From Rhodothermales bacterium (GTDB taxonomy: Bacteria; Bacteroidota; Rhodothermia; Rhodothermales; VXPQ01): a stretch of 64,000 bases of DNA. Below, piece by piece: positions 62,950-64,000 of this stretch. The notes beneath the pieces were generated by a model. It saw nothing but the letters and a program-made list of their open reading frames with translations, did no database searches and was not told the origin of the DNA. Numbering within the stretch: the first letter of the stretch is position 1; each line of letters opens with the position of its first letter. Made by a program: the position numbers and the translations under genes. The DNA lies in contig JBBDTI010000084.1 of NCBI GenBank assembly GCA_040904565.1, positions 11,939 to 75,938 of the forward strand, read 5' to 3'.

Positions 62950-63795
62950 TTGATCCCCACCGTAGTATCCGCCGCCGTATTCTACGGTGACATGCTTGGA
63001 TTCGGAGCCGCGCTGCTGGTTCTGGGCGCGCTCTTCTCGTACGGAAAGCGCCAGGTTCTCGAGGCGCAACAACAGCGCGCCTGGCTCGCATCCTTCCCTG
63101 AGTTGAGCCCGGAGCCGGTTGTTGAGATCATCGATGCCGGTGATCTGACGTACGTTAATCCGGCCGGCGAGGCGCTTTTCCCTGATCTCAGTACATCGGG
63201 CACGGCGCCTCCTTTTTTTCGAGAGGTGGGACAGGTGGGGGCGGATCTTGAATCTCCCGGGTCTACGGCGATTCTTCGTGGCGTTCACGTCGAGAACCGC
63301 GCGTACGAACAGCGGATGTCACGCGTCCCTGAAGAACTCGAGGCGGTCGCCGATCGCTACCGCGATCATGCGGAAGCAACAGGCATCGCATTGGAGGTAA
63401 TGCCCTGTCCCGAAAATGGTGATGCGTTCGTCCCGACGGACCCCGAAGCGCTGCGCCAGATTATGAATCATATCGTTGACAACGCGCTGAAGTTTACCCA
63501 TTCAGGCCGCGTTACGCTCGCCGCTTCGACCGGTCCTGACGGCATAATGGTACGCGTAGACGATACCGGAATCGGTATGCCGGATTCGTTCCTGGCGGAG
63601 CTCTACACGCCGTTCAGGCAGGCCTCCCAGGGCCTCACGCGCACCTACGAAGGGTCGGGACTCGGCCTCACGATCGTTCGGCGATTGGCAGATCTGCTTC
63701 ACGCTGAGCTGGATGTCGAAAGTGCCGTAGGTGAAGGAACGTCCGTCACGCTGGTTCTACCACGCGCTATCCCATCGACACGTATTAGATCGTAG
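62950..63795 (+). pseudogene. Histidine-kinase remnant: TM, PAS fragment and HATPase, lacking the H-box/DHp domain
   Basis: PAS-like LTYVNPAG joins directly to ALRQIMNHIVDNALKFT, DTGIG, F.Q, GSGLGLTI; no HE.RTP; broken hydrophobic ORF pieces upstream (about 62710-62940). Confidence 0.65.
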
Positions 63796-63939
63796 GTGCA
63801 CGAGCCATGAGCGGCGTACCACCTCGCCAATACCTCGCCCCCGAGTTTGTGATCGGAGAGCTGGGGGATCAGGGACGCTTCAAAATGTTTTGCCAGTCGT
63901 GGTCGAGAACGTTGGATCAAACGCGTTCGCACTAGCGCA

Positions 63940-64000
63940 CTAGGCCGCGCAGCAGCTCAGCTTCCTGACGTCTTTATTGAAGGAAATGGCGGCCAGCTTG
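63940..64000 (-). CDS. merA: Mercuric reductase, 3' end only (gene continues beyond the window)
   Basis: Minus strand reads KLAAISFNKDVRKLSCCAA*, matching the MerA C-terminal KLAAQ.F.KDV..LSCCA signature with vicinal CC. Confidence 0.85.
   Translation of the reverse strand, partial: KLAAISFNKDVRKLSCCAA

Overview
High-GC bacterial window, inferred from gene families and signal-peptide style to be Rhodothermales/Bacteroidota-like. It holds about 55 protein genes. I could not support any rRNA, tRNA, CRISPR array, transposase or integrase. The left part (1-20 kb) has a PVC-type DUF1553/DUF1501/NHL/cytochrome-LRR operon, envelope proteins (GWxTD-like TPR protein, two CarboxypepD_reg paralogues) and a SatD-DUF3307 pair with four ACAG-N10-CTGT boxes. 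The rest (20.5-64 kb) is rich in metal and redox genes: a heavy-metal RND pump with a two-component system, a siroheme sulfite reductase, an ECF sigma/zinc-finger anti-sigma cluster, CopB, a Met/His-rich cytochrome c and the 3' end of merA. Three leading signals are absent from the ORF track. (1) A GTAAG-N17-CGTC promoter motif ties the ECF/anti-sigma pair to TlpA, a CusF-like protein, two 3-Cys/His OB-fold-like proteins, an unknown His/Met-rich secreted protein and a blue-copper protein, a candidate undescribed periplasmic copper/thiol system. (2) A poly-Cys leader peptide plus intrinsic terminator sits upstream of the sulfite reductase, a candidate cysteine attenuator. (3) Paired operator-like boxes lie over both start codons of SatD-DUF3307. 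All family calls come from motif recognition, not database searches.
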